Source: a virus. Taken from it: DNA of 64,000 nucleotides. Made by a program: the position numbers and the translations under genes. The stretch lies in the IMG/VR virus record IMGVR_UViG_3300021142_002226, positions 126,178-190,177 of that record, one strand, 5' to 3'. Below the pieces are notes generated by a model, which was not told the origin of the DNA, searched no databases, and saw only the letters and a program-made list of their open reading frames with translations. Each line of letters begins with the position of its first letter. Within the stretch, counting starts at the first letter, position 1. Positions 28,890 through 38,613 of the stretch are shown piece after piece.

Positions 28890-30680
28890 ACAGCTATCGT
28901 TGAAGGATTGGCCATTAAAATAGCAAATAACGATTGTCCCAGAACATTGCAAGGTAAGCGTCTTGTTACGCTCGACCTAACCTCAATGGTTGCTGGTACA
29001 AAATATCGTGGCCAGTTTGAAGAACGCATAAAAGCGTTACTTGATGAAGTTCGTGATAACGATCAGGTTATATTATTCATTGATGAACTACACACAATGG
29101 TTGGTGCTGGCAATTCATCTGGTTCCCTTGATGCTGCAAATGTATTCAAACCAGCTCTTGCTCGTGGTGAAATACAATGCATTGGTGCAACAACTCTTGA
29201 CGAATATCGTGAACACATTGAAAAAGATGGTGCACTTGATAGAAGATTTCAGAAAGTAATGGTTAACCCACCATCAATTACTGAAACCAGAGATATTTTA
29301 ATGAACATAAAAAACAAGTATGAGGACTATCATAAAGTAACTTATACTGAAGATGCTGTTGATGAAATTGTAAGACTTGCTGATAGGTATATTACCAATC
29401 GTGAATTTCCAGACAAAGCTATTGATATACTTGATGAAGCTGGCTCACGCACACACATTAATATAAAACCACCTCAAATCATTAAAGATCTACAAGACGA
29501 GATTAATGAAATTAAAGTTGAGAAACAAAATGTTGTTAAAACACAAAATTTTGAAAAAGCAGCAGACCTTAGAGATAAGGAAAAGAAACTATTAACACAA
29601 CTTGATAAAGAATCTGGTATTTGGAAAAAAAGTCTTGAAATAGATAGAGTTGTTATCGATGAAAACATGATAGCTGATGTTGTATCATCAATGACTGGTA
29701 TACCTGTAAGTAGGGTTTCACAAAACGAAATTCAAAGATTACTTCAAATAGACACTGAATTAAAAGATTCTGTGATAGGTCAAGATGAAGCAATTCAAAA
29801 AGTTGCTTCAGCTATCAGACGTAATAGAACTGGTATAAGCAGAAAAAGTAGACCAATTGGTTCTTTCATGTTTATAGGCCCTTCAGGTGTTGGTAAAACG
29901 GAACTTGCCAAAACTCTCGCTGAAAAAATCTTCGGAACACAAGATGCTTTAATCAGATTTGATATGTCTGAATTCGGTGAGAAATTTAATGTAAGTAAAC
30001 TTATAGGTTCACCTCCAGGATATGTTGGTTATGAAGAAGGCGGCCAACTTACAGAAAAAATTAAGAATAAACCCTATTCATTAATATTGTTCGATGAAAT
30101 CGAGAAAGCGCACCCAGATGTTTTTAATATCCTACTCCAATTACTGGATGAAGGTCATCTTTCAGATTCATCAGGTAGAAAAATAAACTTTAAAAATACC
30201 ATCGTCATTATGACATCTAATATCGGTATTAGAGAAGTTCAAGATTTCGGAACCAAAATTGGTTTTAGCGCCGATGGTTCAGAAGATGATTTGAAAAACG
30301 CAAATTATATCATAGAAAAAGCTTTGAAAAAGCAATTCAAACCAGAGTTTTTAAATAGGTTAGATGATATAATTTACTTTAATTATCTTAAAGATGAAAG
30401 TATATTAAAAATTATCGATATACAATTAAACGATCTTGAAGAGAGATTACTCGAATCTTGTTATACACTTGAAATTGGTAAAAACGTTAAAGAATACGTA
30501 TTAAAACAAGGTTATGACAAAAATTACGGAGCCAGAGAAATTCAACGAACAGTTCAAAAATACCTCGAAGATCCTATTTCCGAGGAATTGTTAAAAGAAC
30601 ATATGCCTAAATTTGCACATATTACCGTTGGTTACGATAAGAAAAATGATAAGCTAAATATCAAAATAACCACTACTTAA
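28410..30680 (+). CDS. clpC: Split-intein C-fragment fused to the remainder of ClpC (NBD1, UVR-like middle domain, NBD2)
   Basis: ILSHN|[54 protein letters not shown] ClpP-docking loop. Confidence 0.93.
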   Translation: MTMNYYEFYEQESLAQLDKDYPNEEGHKKFTKTWNIENFSVLTDNGFQKIDKLHETISYNVYHLILDNGFELKCADNHIVMLPRMVNMVRQLDNMSESTEPIECYVKNLKPGDLVHTNDDIGCASVVSVTNLGYQENMYDLQLSDDSNHRYYTNGILSHNTAIVEGLAIKIANNDCPRTLQGKRLVTLDLTSMVAGTKYRGQFEERIKALLDEVRDNDQVILFIDELHTMVGAGNSSGSLDAANVFKPALARGEIQCIGATTLDEYREHIEKDGALDRRFQKVMVNPPSITETRDILMNIKNKYEDYHKVTYTEDAVDEIVRLADRYITNREFPDKAIDILDEAGSRTHINIKPPQIIKDLQDEINEIKVEKQNVVKTQNFEKAADLRDKEKKLLTQLDKESGIWKKSLEIDRVVIDENMIADVVSSMTGIPVSRVSQNEIQRLLQIDTELKDSVIGQDEAIQKVASAIRRNRTGISRKSRPIGSFMFIGPSGVGKTELAKTLAEKIFGTQDALIRFDMSEFGEKFNVSKLIGSPPGYVGYEEGGQLTEKIKNKPYSLILFDEIEKAHPDVFNILLQLLDEGHLSDSSGRKINFKNTIVIMTSNIGIREVQDFGTKIGFSADGSEDDLKNANYIIEKALKKQFKPEFLNRLDDIIYFNYLKDESILKIIDIQLNDLEERLLESCYTLEIGKNVKEYVLKQGYDKNYGAREIQRTVQKYLEDPISEELLKEHMPKFAHITVGYDKKNDKLNIKITTT

Positions 30681-30712
30681 TTTGGATATTTACACACTAT
30701 TTAGTATATTTG
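30681..30712 (+). promoter_or_regulatory. Bacteroidota-type promoter
   Basis: TTTG-N20-TATATTTG upstream of the transglycosylase. Confidence 0.7.
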
Positions 30713-30759
30713 TGCCACTTAGCAATAAGTGGTATATTTATTTTTAAAAACTATAACAT

Positions 30760-31293
30760 ATGAAAAAGAAATTGTTTGTAATTGTTTTGTCGGTTATTTC
30801 GATTGGATTATGCTCATGGTTCTCATATAATAATTTTATCAGATCTGAGAAATTTACCCATTTTCCAGAATCGGTTAAAATGTATTTCTACATTGAGAAA
30901 TATTCAAAAGAATATGGTATTCCAAGAAATATTGCTTATGGTATACCTTATTATGAAACTAATTATAAAGGCCCTACTGATACTACATATAACCCAAAAA
31001 GAACCTCAAAATCTAAGGCTTATGGGGCAATGCAGCTAAAGTTGAAGACGGCCAATGCTGTATGCGATTCAACTATCACGAGAAAAGAACTATTGAATAA
31101 TACTGAACTTAATGTAATACTTTCATTCAAACTACTGAAGACTCTACATGACAAATATGGGAGTTGGAAATTGGCTTTGGGTGCATATAATACAGGTAAA
31201 CCTGTTGTAAACAAGTATTCAAAAAATATAACCAAATTCAGTTTAAGAAAAATATTTAAGACACAGAATTACCTATATGCAACAACAAATTAA
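30760..31293 (+). CDS. Lytic transglycosylase (SLT-like) with N-terminal membrane/signal segment
   Basis: YYETNY (catalytic Glu), AYGAMQL, ALGAYNTG. Confidence 0.85.
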   Translation: MKKKLFVIVLSVISIGLCSWFSYNNFIRSEKFTHFPESVKMYFYIEKYSKEYGIPRNIAYGIPYYETNYKGPTDTTYNPKRTSKSKAYGAMQLKLKTANAVCDSTITRKELLNNTELNVILSFKLLKTLHDKYGSWKLALGAYNTGKPVVNKYSKNITKFSLRKIFKTQNYLYATTN

Positions 31294-32131
31294 AAATTTA
31301 ATAGATATATTATCAACCCCAACATATTTTGCAAATGAAGAAAAATTGGTTGAGAAAATATGTAATATTTTAAAAGAAAATGATGTATCGTATGAAGTTG
31401 ATGATGTCGGTAACATTTATGTAACAAAAGGAGAAGCTGAATTTTACCCTTGTGTTGTTGCCCATACAGATACAGTACATGAATTGGAATCAATAAATAT
31501 CAGAGAGACATTAGATCATGGAATGTTATGTCTATCAGCATACAACGATAGCGGTATGCCCACAGGTATTGGGGGAGATGATAAATGTGGCGTTTTTGTT
31601 TGTCTTGAGGTTATCAAATCCTTAAACAATATTAAGGCTGTATTTCTGGTAGGTGAAGAATTCGGTTGTTATGGCGCAAGAATGGCCAACCCTATTTTTT
31701 TTGATAATGTTGGGTATGCAATACAATTCGATGCCCCATATCATAACTGGGTATCACATGTTTCCTACGGTGTCAAATTGTTTGATGAAAATGGTGAATT
31801 CTACAATCATATACAACCAATACTTGAAAAATATATGGGTAAATACACTCTTGGTAATCATCCATATACAGACGTATGTGTGTTAAAAAATAAATACGAT
31901 TTTAGTTGTATCAATATTTCTGTTGGATATCACAACATGCACACAAGAGAAGAATTTGTTGATGTTAACACAACTCTCAGAACTGTTGAAATTGCTAAAG
32001 ACATGATCAATACATTAGGAACAAAAAAATATGAATTTATATCTAAAACCAGGGATGTCTTATTTGAACATATTGATAGTATACAACAATTAAAATACAA
32101 ATTTTTATCCAGAAAAACAAAAAGCGACTAA
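31277..32131 (+). CDS. M28/M20-type metallopeptidase
   Basis: AHTDTVH, GGDDKCG, GEEFG, QFD, GYH zinc-ligand motifs. Confidence 0.85.
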   Translation: MQQQIKNLIDILSTPTYFANEEKLVEKICNILKENDVSYEVDDVGNIYVTKGEAEFYPCVVAHTDTVHELESINIRETLDHGMLCLSAYNDSGMPTGIGGDDKCGVFVCLEVIKSLNNIKAVFLVGEEFGCYGARMANPIFFDNVGYAIQFDAPYHNWVSHVSYGVKLFDENGEFYNHIQPILEKYMGKYTLGNHPYTDVCVLKNKYDFSCINISVGYHNMHTREEFVDVNTTLRTVEIAKDMINTLGTKKYEFISKTRDVLFEHIDSIQQLKYKFLSRKTKSD

Positions 32132-32145
32132 GAATAGTCGCTTTT
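32120..32145. terminator. Intrinsic terminator between convergent genes
   Basis: aaaagcgacta-agaa-tagtcgctttt. Confidence 0.85.
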
Positions 32146-32169
32146 TTTTGTGATATTGCCAATTAAATA

Positions 32170-32913
32170 TTATTTCTTGTCCATTTTAGCGTTCATAGCT
32201 TCCATAGCCTCTTTTTTCTTGTCTTTCATTTGCTTTGGTGTTAAAGACTCTTTTTTCTCTTCATTAACTGTACCAGTTTTTGCATTTTCCCAAGTACCAG
32301 TTTTAGCTTTTGCGGATTCGATATCTTTCATACCACCTGCACTTTTCAACGATTTTTCAACGTGCTTAGTAGCTTCTTTAGCAACACCTGATGTTGCTTT
32401 TGCTGTATCTTTAGTTGCACTCTTTGGAGCACCCATAGAATTTTTAACCTCACCAGCTTTCATTCCTTTAACCATGTGAGCTGTAGCATCTGCTGATTTT
32501 TTGCTCACACCATCCCATACACCAGTAGCTGCTTTTGCCTTCTCAATATCTGTAGATTTACCACCAGATTTGATACCATCCTTAGGTGTTTTACCACTCT
32601 TCACATTTTTATCCCAAGTACCTTCACCTTTAGTTCCAGCTACCTTTGTACCAGTAAATTTTTCTTTACCAACTTCTTCATGCATAGAACCTTTAGCCAT
32701 GTGCTTTGGATTGTGAGCTTCTGGAGCATAAGGTTTCTTAGGTAAAGCAGTTGCTTCAGCTTCCTTAACTGTTTCATCTTCCTCTTCTTCAGTTTCCATC
32801 ATAGCTTCATCTTCCATAGGAGTTTCCATCATGGATTCGTCTTCAACAGATTCGTTTAAGTGTTTATGAATGCTCATCAATTGAGCTTCTGTAATTCTAT
32901 ATTTTACTGCCAT
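32170..32913 (-). CDS. Lys/Ala-rich low-complexity protein, possible internal head protein (start revised to MAVKYRITEAQL)
   Basis: ITE/LNE/VNE motifs; repeated KAKTG(T/V)W-like units; TATTTAT upstream. Confidence 0.6.
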   Translation of the reverse strand: MAVKYRITEAQLMSIHKHLNESVEDESMMETPMEDEAMMETEEEEDETVKEAEATALPKKPYAPEAHNPKHMAKGSMHEEVGKEKFTGTKVAGTKGEGTWDKNVKSGKTPKDGIKSGGKSTDIEKAKAATGVWDGVSKKSADATAHMVKGMKAGEVKNSMGAPKSATKDTAKATSGVAKEATKHVEKSLKSAGGMKDIESAKAKTGTWENAKTGTVNEEKKESLTPKQMKDKKKEAMEAMNAKMDKK

Positions 32914-33014
32914 AATAAATGATATTTTTATAATAAATAGTTTATATTTAGCTAAAAGACATAAAAAAAGTGATATTTCTATCACTTTTTCTTGGAACCT
33001 CGTAGATTTTATTA

Positions 33015-33794
33015 TTATTTTAATTTATTCCCACATTTTGGGCAAAAATTGTAGGATTCTTTCTTAATTTTGGTACCGCAAGAAGTACAATAGTTCTGCA
33101 CAGCAGCATATTGCACAGGTTCTTGTGATTGCGGCATTATTTTCCAGTAGGTTCTGGTTGAGTAATAGGTGTTAAAACTACCATTAACTTCTGTAAATGA
33201 TTGGTTTGAAACGTCACCCTTTTCAATTCTACCTGTTTCAATACTTTCTAATGAATCCATGGTTGCTGAACTATTAGAACTTGAACTACGTAATATTCTT
33301 GAGCTAACTTGACCAACCATACTCGTGTTATTCAAAGTATTGGTAGCGGTAGTCATAACAGTTGGGTTATTTAGAAAGTTATTGGATATTGGTTGACTTG
33401 AATACCAGAAAGTATTAGTTGTCAATATTGGGGCAATGTATTCATCATAAAATTCGATTTCAACATCACCATTATTAGCTATTGCCTTTTTAACCTCATT
33501 CGAAGCACCAACTTCATATGTTGAAAATAAAAATTTATTGTTATTATCAATAAATCTATCCAAGAATATGCGTTGACCTGGTTTCAAATAGATACCTCTG
33601 GTTGAGATATAATTTCCGTTTAATTTTATTTTTACGAGAACAGATGTGGTTTTTGGATTGAACAGTTCAATCTCGAATTCTTGTTTATCATTCATGTAAA
33701 CAGTATTGTTGTACTGTTTAACTCTGTTTTTACCGACTGTTAAATATGCAGACGGTGTTGACCCATTGTTATAGGTGTACGTTGTGTGATACAT
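33015..33794 (-). CDS. Hypothetical protein with C-terminal zinc ribbon (start revised)
   Basis: EFEIELFNP...; CTSCG...CPKCG. Confidence 0.65.
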   Translation of the reverse strand: MYHTTYTYNNGSTPSAYLTVGKNRVKQYNNTVYMNDKQEFEIELFNPKTTSVLVKIKLNGNYISTRGIYLKPGQRIFLDRFIDNNNKFLFSTYEVGASNEVKKAIANNGDVEIEFYDEYIAPILTTNTFWYSSQPISNNFLNNPTVMTTATNTLNNTSMVGQVSSRILRSSSSNSSATMDSLESIETGRIEKGDVSNQSFTEVNGSFNTYYSTRTYWKIMPQSQEPVQYAAVQNYCTSCGTKIKKESYNFCPKCGNKLK

Positions 33795-33930
33795 ATATTT
33801 TTCCTCTTTTTTTAATTTACCTACCTTTTTGTTGCCAGTTAGACAACTCCAAAGCCACAAGGACTCAAGGCAAATAACACGAGGTTCCAGCAATAAATAT
33901 AATAATGGGTCAAAAAAAATAAACATTATT

Positions 33931-33961
33931 TTTGTGTTTTGGAAAATATTTCTTACATTTG
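33931..33961 (+). promoter_or_regulatory. Bacteroidota-type promoter for the helicase
   Basis: TTTG-N19-TACATTTG; supports a start at 33982. Confidence 0.7.
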
Positions 33962-33981
33962 TTGAAAATAGAAAAAATATC

Positions 33982-36423
33982 ATGGCAAATTACACCGATG
34001 AACAATTAGATTTTATCAATTATTCTGGCACCGATTCAATAATTCTTTCCGCAACAGCTGGCTCAGGTAAAGAACAACCTTTATTTTGTAAAGTTTTAAC
34101 GCCAAATGGTTGGGTTAGAATGGGCGACCTTAAATGTGGCGATGAAGTTTTAACACCAACAGGTGAAATTAGTAAAATAACTAATATATATCCACAAGGT
34201 ATAAAAGAAGTATTTAAAATAACTTTTAGTGATGGTTCATTTACTTATGCTGGACACGAACACCTTTGGAAAGTTCAAACCAGAAACCAAAGATCCACAT
34301 ATAGTAAGAATTATAGTGTTTTAACAACTGATAAAATAGCACAAAAATTGTTTAAAACTGATTCAAGAGGTATTAAATATAAATTTTATTATATACCCTT
34401 GACTGACATAGCATATAAAGAAAAAAACTTACCAATAGACCCATATTTATTAGGTTGTTTACTTGGTGATGGTGGTATGAGTCGTAATTCACAAGTAACT
34501 TTTACCAATAGTGATCAGTTAATTTTAGATGAAATAAAAAAATTAATTGAAAAATATGATTTGAAATTAAAAGAAAAAAAAGGTGATCCTGGAAATTACT
34601 ATATATCTAAAGAAATACCTAATCATAAAAATGAATTAATCGATCAATTAAGATCATTAGGTTTAATGGAACATCTATCGGTTGGTAAATTTATACCAAA
34701 AGAATATTTAACAGCATCTAAAGAACAAAGATTAAGGTTATTAAACGGTTTATTAGATACAGATGGTTATGTTGATAAAAATTCGGTGTACATAACATTA
34801 TCTTCAAAACAAATGTCGGATGATATTGTTGAATTGGTTAATTCTATTGGTGGAATTGTTTATGTTACATTAAAAAAAGGTAGATATAAAAAAAATGGTA
34901 TATATGTAGATTGTAATCAGGCTTATGTAATGTCTATATGTCTTCCTAAAGAATTAAAATATAAAGCATTTACACTACCAAGGAAAAAAGATTTATTAGC
35001 TGATAAGGGTAAGACATATATACCCTATAGAGCTTTTGATAAAATTGAGTTTTATGATAATGTTGAATGTCAATGTATTGAAATAGATCACACCGATCAT
35101 CTTTATGTAACAGATAATCATATTGTTACACATAATACACATTCAACTGTTGGTAGATTAAATAAAATGGTTGACGATGGAGTGGATCCTCAAAAAATCA
35201 TATTTTTTAGCTTTACAAATGACGCTGTTGATGAATTAAAACGCCGTATCAAACATGACGTTAAAATCACAACAATTCATAGTTTCACAGCTTCTTTACT
35301 TGGCAAAATGGGCAGATTTAAAAAGATTGCCACATTTTATGATTTTGTGAACTGGTATAAAGAAAAATATAAACCAGCTCCAAGAGCACCCAAAAATATT
35401 AAAGATGAATATCAACAAATGTTAACCTTCTTTTATGAAGAAGGAAATCAGGTATCAGCATCGTTCTCAGCGTTTAAATTACAAACATCAGATGGATTCA
35501 AATTACCAAAGCCTGAACATTACGTTGATTACGATAAATTCCTAAGAGAAACTCAATCAAGAGATTTTGCTGACATGTTGATAGACACTGAAAAGCTATC
35601 ACGTGATCCAAAATATATTAAATATTTTGAGGGTCTTTACGACCACATATTTGTTGATGAATACCAAGATACATCAACTTTACAACTAAAAATATTGTTG
35701 GCTATAAAAGCCAAACAATACTATCTTATTGGTGACGAAAATCAATCTATTTATGGGTTCTCAGGTGCAAACTGTGATATGATTGAACAACTACTTACAT
35801 CAAAACATAAGACCACAAGAATGACCTTAACAAAAAACTTCAGGTCTGATAAAAAAATAGTTGAACACGCTAATAAGTACAGTAAAATCACAGCTATACC
35901 ACACTCTGAAAATGATGGTAGTGTTAAATATGATCTTATTGATAAGTTTGATTTAATTGAAATGATAAATGATGATAGACCATTGGCAATTCTTGTTAGA
36001 ACCAATAATGTTATTAAAGACCTCGAAGAATATTGTCTTAAAAGTAAACTTAAGATAAGATATAATAATTTTATAACTAATGATGAGCTTAGGCATATTA
36101 AGGAAAACAATATAAATCCATCGTTGAAACGTAGATTGGATAGAATTACCTCATATTTTGTTAGCGTTGAAAAACTGGTACAGTTTATTGAAGCAAACAA
36201 AGAGTCAATGAAATTTATTACCAGTATCCACAAAAGTAAGGGTAGAGAATTCCCAAGATGTGTTATTGTTAATTCGCTCGATCCAGAATTAGCAGAAAGA
36301 TATGGTGTTGATGATGATTACACTTACTTAACTAAAGATGGTGACATTGACCAAGAAGAAAGAAATGTTCACTATGTGGCCGTAACAAGACCAATGCACG
36401 AAGTTTACTTCATGATATTTTAA
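33982..36423 (+). CDS. uvrD: UvrD/Rep-like SF1 helicase containing an intein (start revised)
   Basis: ATAGSGK|T, FSFTNDA, VDEYQD, IGDENQSIYGF, NFRS, SIHKSKGREF, HYVAVTR. Confidence 0.9.
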   Translation: MANYTDEQLDFINYSGTDSIILSATAGSGKEQPLFCKVLTPNGWVRMGDLKCGDEVLTPTGEISKITNIYPQGIKEVFKITFSDGSFTYAGHEHLWKVQTRNQRSTYSKNYSVLTTDKIAQKLFKTDSRGIKYKFYYIPLTDIAYKEKNLPIDPYLLGCLLGDGGMSRNSQVTFTNSDQLILDEIKKLIEKYDLKLKEKKGDPGNYYISKEIPNHKNELIDQLRSLGLMEHLSVGKFIPKEYLTASKEQRLRLLNGLLDTDGYVDKNSVYITLSSKQMSDDIVELVNSIGGIVYVTLKKGRYKKNGIYVDCNQAYVMSICLPKELKYKAFTLPRKKDLLADKGKTYIPYRAFDKIEFYDNVECQCIEIDHTDHLYVTDNHIVTHNTHSTVGRLNKMVDDGVDPQKIIFFSFTNDAVDELKRRIKHDVKITTIHSFTASLLGKMGRFKKIATFYDFVNWYKEKYKPAPRAPKNIKDEYQQMLTFFYEEGNQVSASFSAFKLQTSDGFKLPKPEHYVDYDKFLRETQSRDFADMLIDTEKLSRDPKYIKYFEGLYDHIFVDEYQDTSTLQLKILLAIKAKQYYLIGDENQSIYGFSGANCDMIEQLLTSKHKTTRMTLTKNFRSDKKIVEHANKYSKITAIPHSENDGSVKYDLIDKFDLIEMINDDRPLAILVRTNNVIKDLEEYCLKSKLKIRYNNFITNDELRHIKENNINPSLKRRLDRITSYFVSVEKLVQFIEANKESMKFITSIHKSKGREFPRCVIVNSLDPELAERYGVDDDYTYLTKDGDIDQEERNVHYVAVTRPMHEVYFMIF
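34072..35136 (+). mobile_element. Contiguous LAGLIDADG intein (355 aa), class-3-like
   Basis: Starts EQPL (no nucleophile); HEHLW, CQCIEI, VTHN|T; LLGCLLGDG and LLNGLLDTDG motifs. Confidence 0.9.
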
Positions 36424-36426
36424 AAG

Positions 36427-36455
36427 AAAAACCCAACTTAATGTTGGGTTTTTTT
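36427..36455. terminator. Intrinsic terminator between convergent genes
   Basis: aaaaacccaac-ttaat-gttgggttttt. Confidence 0.8.
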
Positions 36456-36457
36456 AA

Positions 36458-36598
36458 TTAACGACCTTGTCCTCTATAACGTTTCAAATAATTTTTAGAA
36501 CCTTTGTTCCTACCAGCTTTGTTTTTCGAGTGAATTCCTGGTCTTCTTCTTGATTCTTTCCTTGCGAAAGTTCCTGCATTTGATGTTTCTTTTGCCAT
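36458..36598 (-). CDS. Small basic peptide (46 aa, not in the ORF track)
   Basis: MAKETSNAGTFARKESRRRPGIHSKNKAGRNKGSKNYLKRYRGQGR*. Confidence 0.7.
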   Translation of the reverse strand: MAKETSNAGTFARKESRRRPGIHSKNKAGRNKGSKNYLKRYRGQGR

Positions 36599-36601
36599 TT
36601 T

Positions 36602-37042
36602 TTAGAATAGTTTTTTAATCTTATTTATTTCCTCATTTAAACTGCCTTCAGTAGGCATTTCCTTACATTTCTTTCCGCAATGGGAACAATATTCATTATT
36701 TACAATTTCTTGTTGGCAACATTGTGATAATCTTGGAGCTTCGCCAAATACCTCACCTAAAGCTCCAGCTCTCGTACTCATCCATGATGATTCGCTTATA
36801 TCTCCTTGAAAATCATAGTTTTTAGTATATTTTCCAGATTCTTCAGCATCATGCTTGTTAATCATAGTATCTTCAAAACCCTTATCTATATTTTTATAAA
36901 CTTTATTGATATCCTCGACACACATTTCTTGAAAACGTTGAGCTGACACAATATTAATTGTGAATTTTTCACCGTTTTTTGCTTTTTCCATGGCCTGATT
37001 CAGATTCCAGCCTATATTCCTGATTAATTCTTCAAAATTCAT
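36602..37042 (-). CDS. Hypothetical protein with Cys cluster and a C-terminal copy of the leader motif
   Basis: CCQ...YCSHCGKKC; ends SLNEEINKIKKLF. Confidence 0.6.
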   Translation of the reverse strand: MNFEELIRNIGWNLNQAMEKAKNGEKFTINIVSAQRFQEMCVEDINKVYKNIDKGFEDTMINKHDAEESGKYTKNYDFQGDISESSWMSTRAGALGEVFGEAPRLSQCCQQEIVNNEYCSHCGKKCKEMPTEGSLNEEINKIKKLF

Positions 37043-37087
37043 GTTCTTTTGATTTAATATAAATATTTATAAATAAATTAAAAGTTT

Positions 37088-37669
37088 ATGACAAAAGAAT
37101 TAATTATCAAAACAACAGGTTGCTCAGACGCATTGGCTGAGAAATTCTTACCACATATCATAGAAACATGTGCTAAGTATGAAATTAACACCCCAGCAAG
37201 ACAAGTTGCTTTTTTAGCACAAGTTGGGCATGAATCAGGTAGTCTTTTCTACACTGAAGAACTTGCTTCAGGTGAAGCATATAATAACAGAAAAGATCTT
37301 GGAAACATCAACCCAGGTGACGGCCCTAAATACAAGGGTAGAGGTCTTATCCAAATCACTGGTAAAGCTAACTACAAATCTTTATCTGAATCTTTTGGAA
37401 CTGACTTTGTCAACAACCCAACACTTTTGGGTGGTAAAAGTTCTAAGGTATCATCTGATGAACAATTGAAATGGTCTACAATGTCTGCTGGTTGGTTCTG
37501 GAACAAAACTCATTTGAATGAACTTGCTGATAAATTGGATTTAACCAAAAAGGTTACTGATGAACCAAATCTTACTAACTTCAAAACAATCACTAAAAAA
37601 ATCAATGGTGGTTACAACGGACTTGAAGATAGACAAGCTCGATTCGAAAAAGGAAGAACAATAGCTTAA
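37088..37669 (+). CDS. Glycoside hydrolase family 19 endolysin
   Basis: AFLAQVGHES, YKGRGLIQITG..NY, ITKKINGGYNGLEDR. Confidence 0.92.
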   Translation: MTKELIIKTTGCSDALAEKFLPHIIETCAKYEINTPARQVAFLAQVGHESGSLFYTEELASGEAYNNRKDLGNINPGDGPKYKGRGLIQITGKANYKSLSESFGTDFVNNPTLLGGKSSKVSSDEQLKWSTMSAGWFWNKTHLNELADKLDLTKKVTDEPNLTNFKTITKKINGGYNGLEDRQARFEKGRTIA

Positions 37670-37672
37670 ATG

Positions 37673-37700
37673 AAAAAGGGATCAAATTTGATCCCTTTTT
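37673..37700. terminator. Bidirectional terminator (perfect palindrome)
   Basis: aaaaagggatcaaa|tttgatcccttttt. Confidence 0.85.
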
Positions 37701-38525
37701 TTATTTCTTTTTCTTATCTTCACCAACCATCTTGGATACTGGTTTATTTGACCATGTCTTACAAGCCCAATATCTTGCCTTCCAACGAGGGCCTGGATTC
37801 TCACAATGGTGTCTTGCCCTAAAACTTTTCTTTCTCTTTGGATTGTCTCTTTTAATTTCCATATTAGGATCCCCAAATTCAACCTTTACCACATTACCCT
37901 TACCGTTTTTAACGTGAACCTTATATTTCTTAACATCACCTTTGGAAATCTTTCCAAGCGATACTTTTCTACCTTTATATTCAGCTTCGTTTAGGTTTTC
38001 TTCTGTCATCATATAATATTCTGCCAAAGCTTCATTAACCATATCAGTTAACTTATTAGGAGTAATTTTACCTTCACAAAGTCTACCATTAGTAACCACC
38101 AAATCCTCAATAGCATATTCACCAGTTTCTTCCTTGATAATTTCATCAACCAGAGCAAAGAAATTTTCATTAGTAAAACCCAAAGCCATATTTGTCGGAG
38201 CCTTATCGTTACCAGCACCCTTGAATTCGTTCATGATAAAATCAAATACTTGATCAATACTTTCTTTAGCTGTAGCCATGTGATCTTCAGCCCAATCATG
38301 ACCATTTTCAAGCAACTCATGAACTTCTTCTTTATTTAATTCCAATAATTTACCTGTTTGTCTGTGAATTTGCATCAAATTACCAAAAAACATGTATCTA
38401 TCGGTCATATCACCTTCTGACTTATCTTCCATGTCAGGCATTTCAGCTTCGTTGACTTTAGACTTTTTAGACAACAAACTACCATTCTTTCCTTCATTTA
38501 TAATCTTGATATTCTTGATTCTCAT
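37701..38525 (-). CDS. Hypothetical multidomain protein, possibly virion-associated
   Basis: INE/VNE/LNE motifs; C-terminal KSFRARHHC...ARYWAC domain. Confidence 0.6.
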   Translation of the reverse strand: MRIKNIKIINEGKNGSLLSKKSKVNEAEMPDMEDKSEGDMTDRYMFFGNLMQIHRQTGKLLELNKEEVHELLENGHDWAEDHMATAKESIDQVFDFIMNEFKGAGNDKAPTNMALGFTNENFFALVDEIIKEETGEYAIEDLVVTNGRLCEGKITPNKLTDMVNEALAEYYMMTEENLNEAEYKGRKVSLGKISKGDVKKYKVHVKNGKGNVVKVEFGDPNMEIKRDNPKRKKSFRARHHCENPGPRWKARYWACKTWSNKPVSKMVGEDKKKK

Positions 38526-38613
38526 AATTAATTTGTTTTATAATAAATAGTTTCCTCAAATCAAAAATTTAGCCACATTTTAATATATTTATAAGTAATA
38601 ATATTATCTATAT

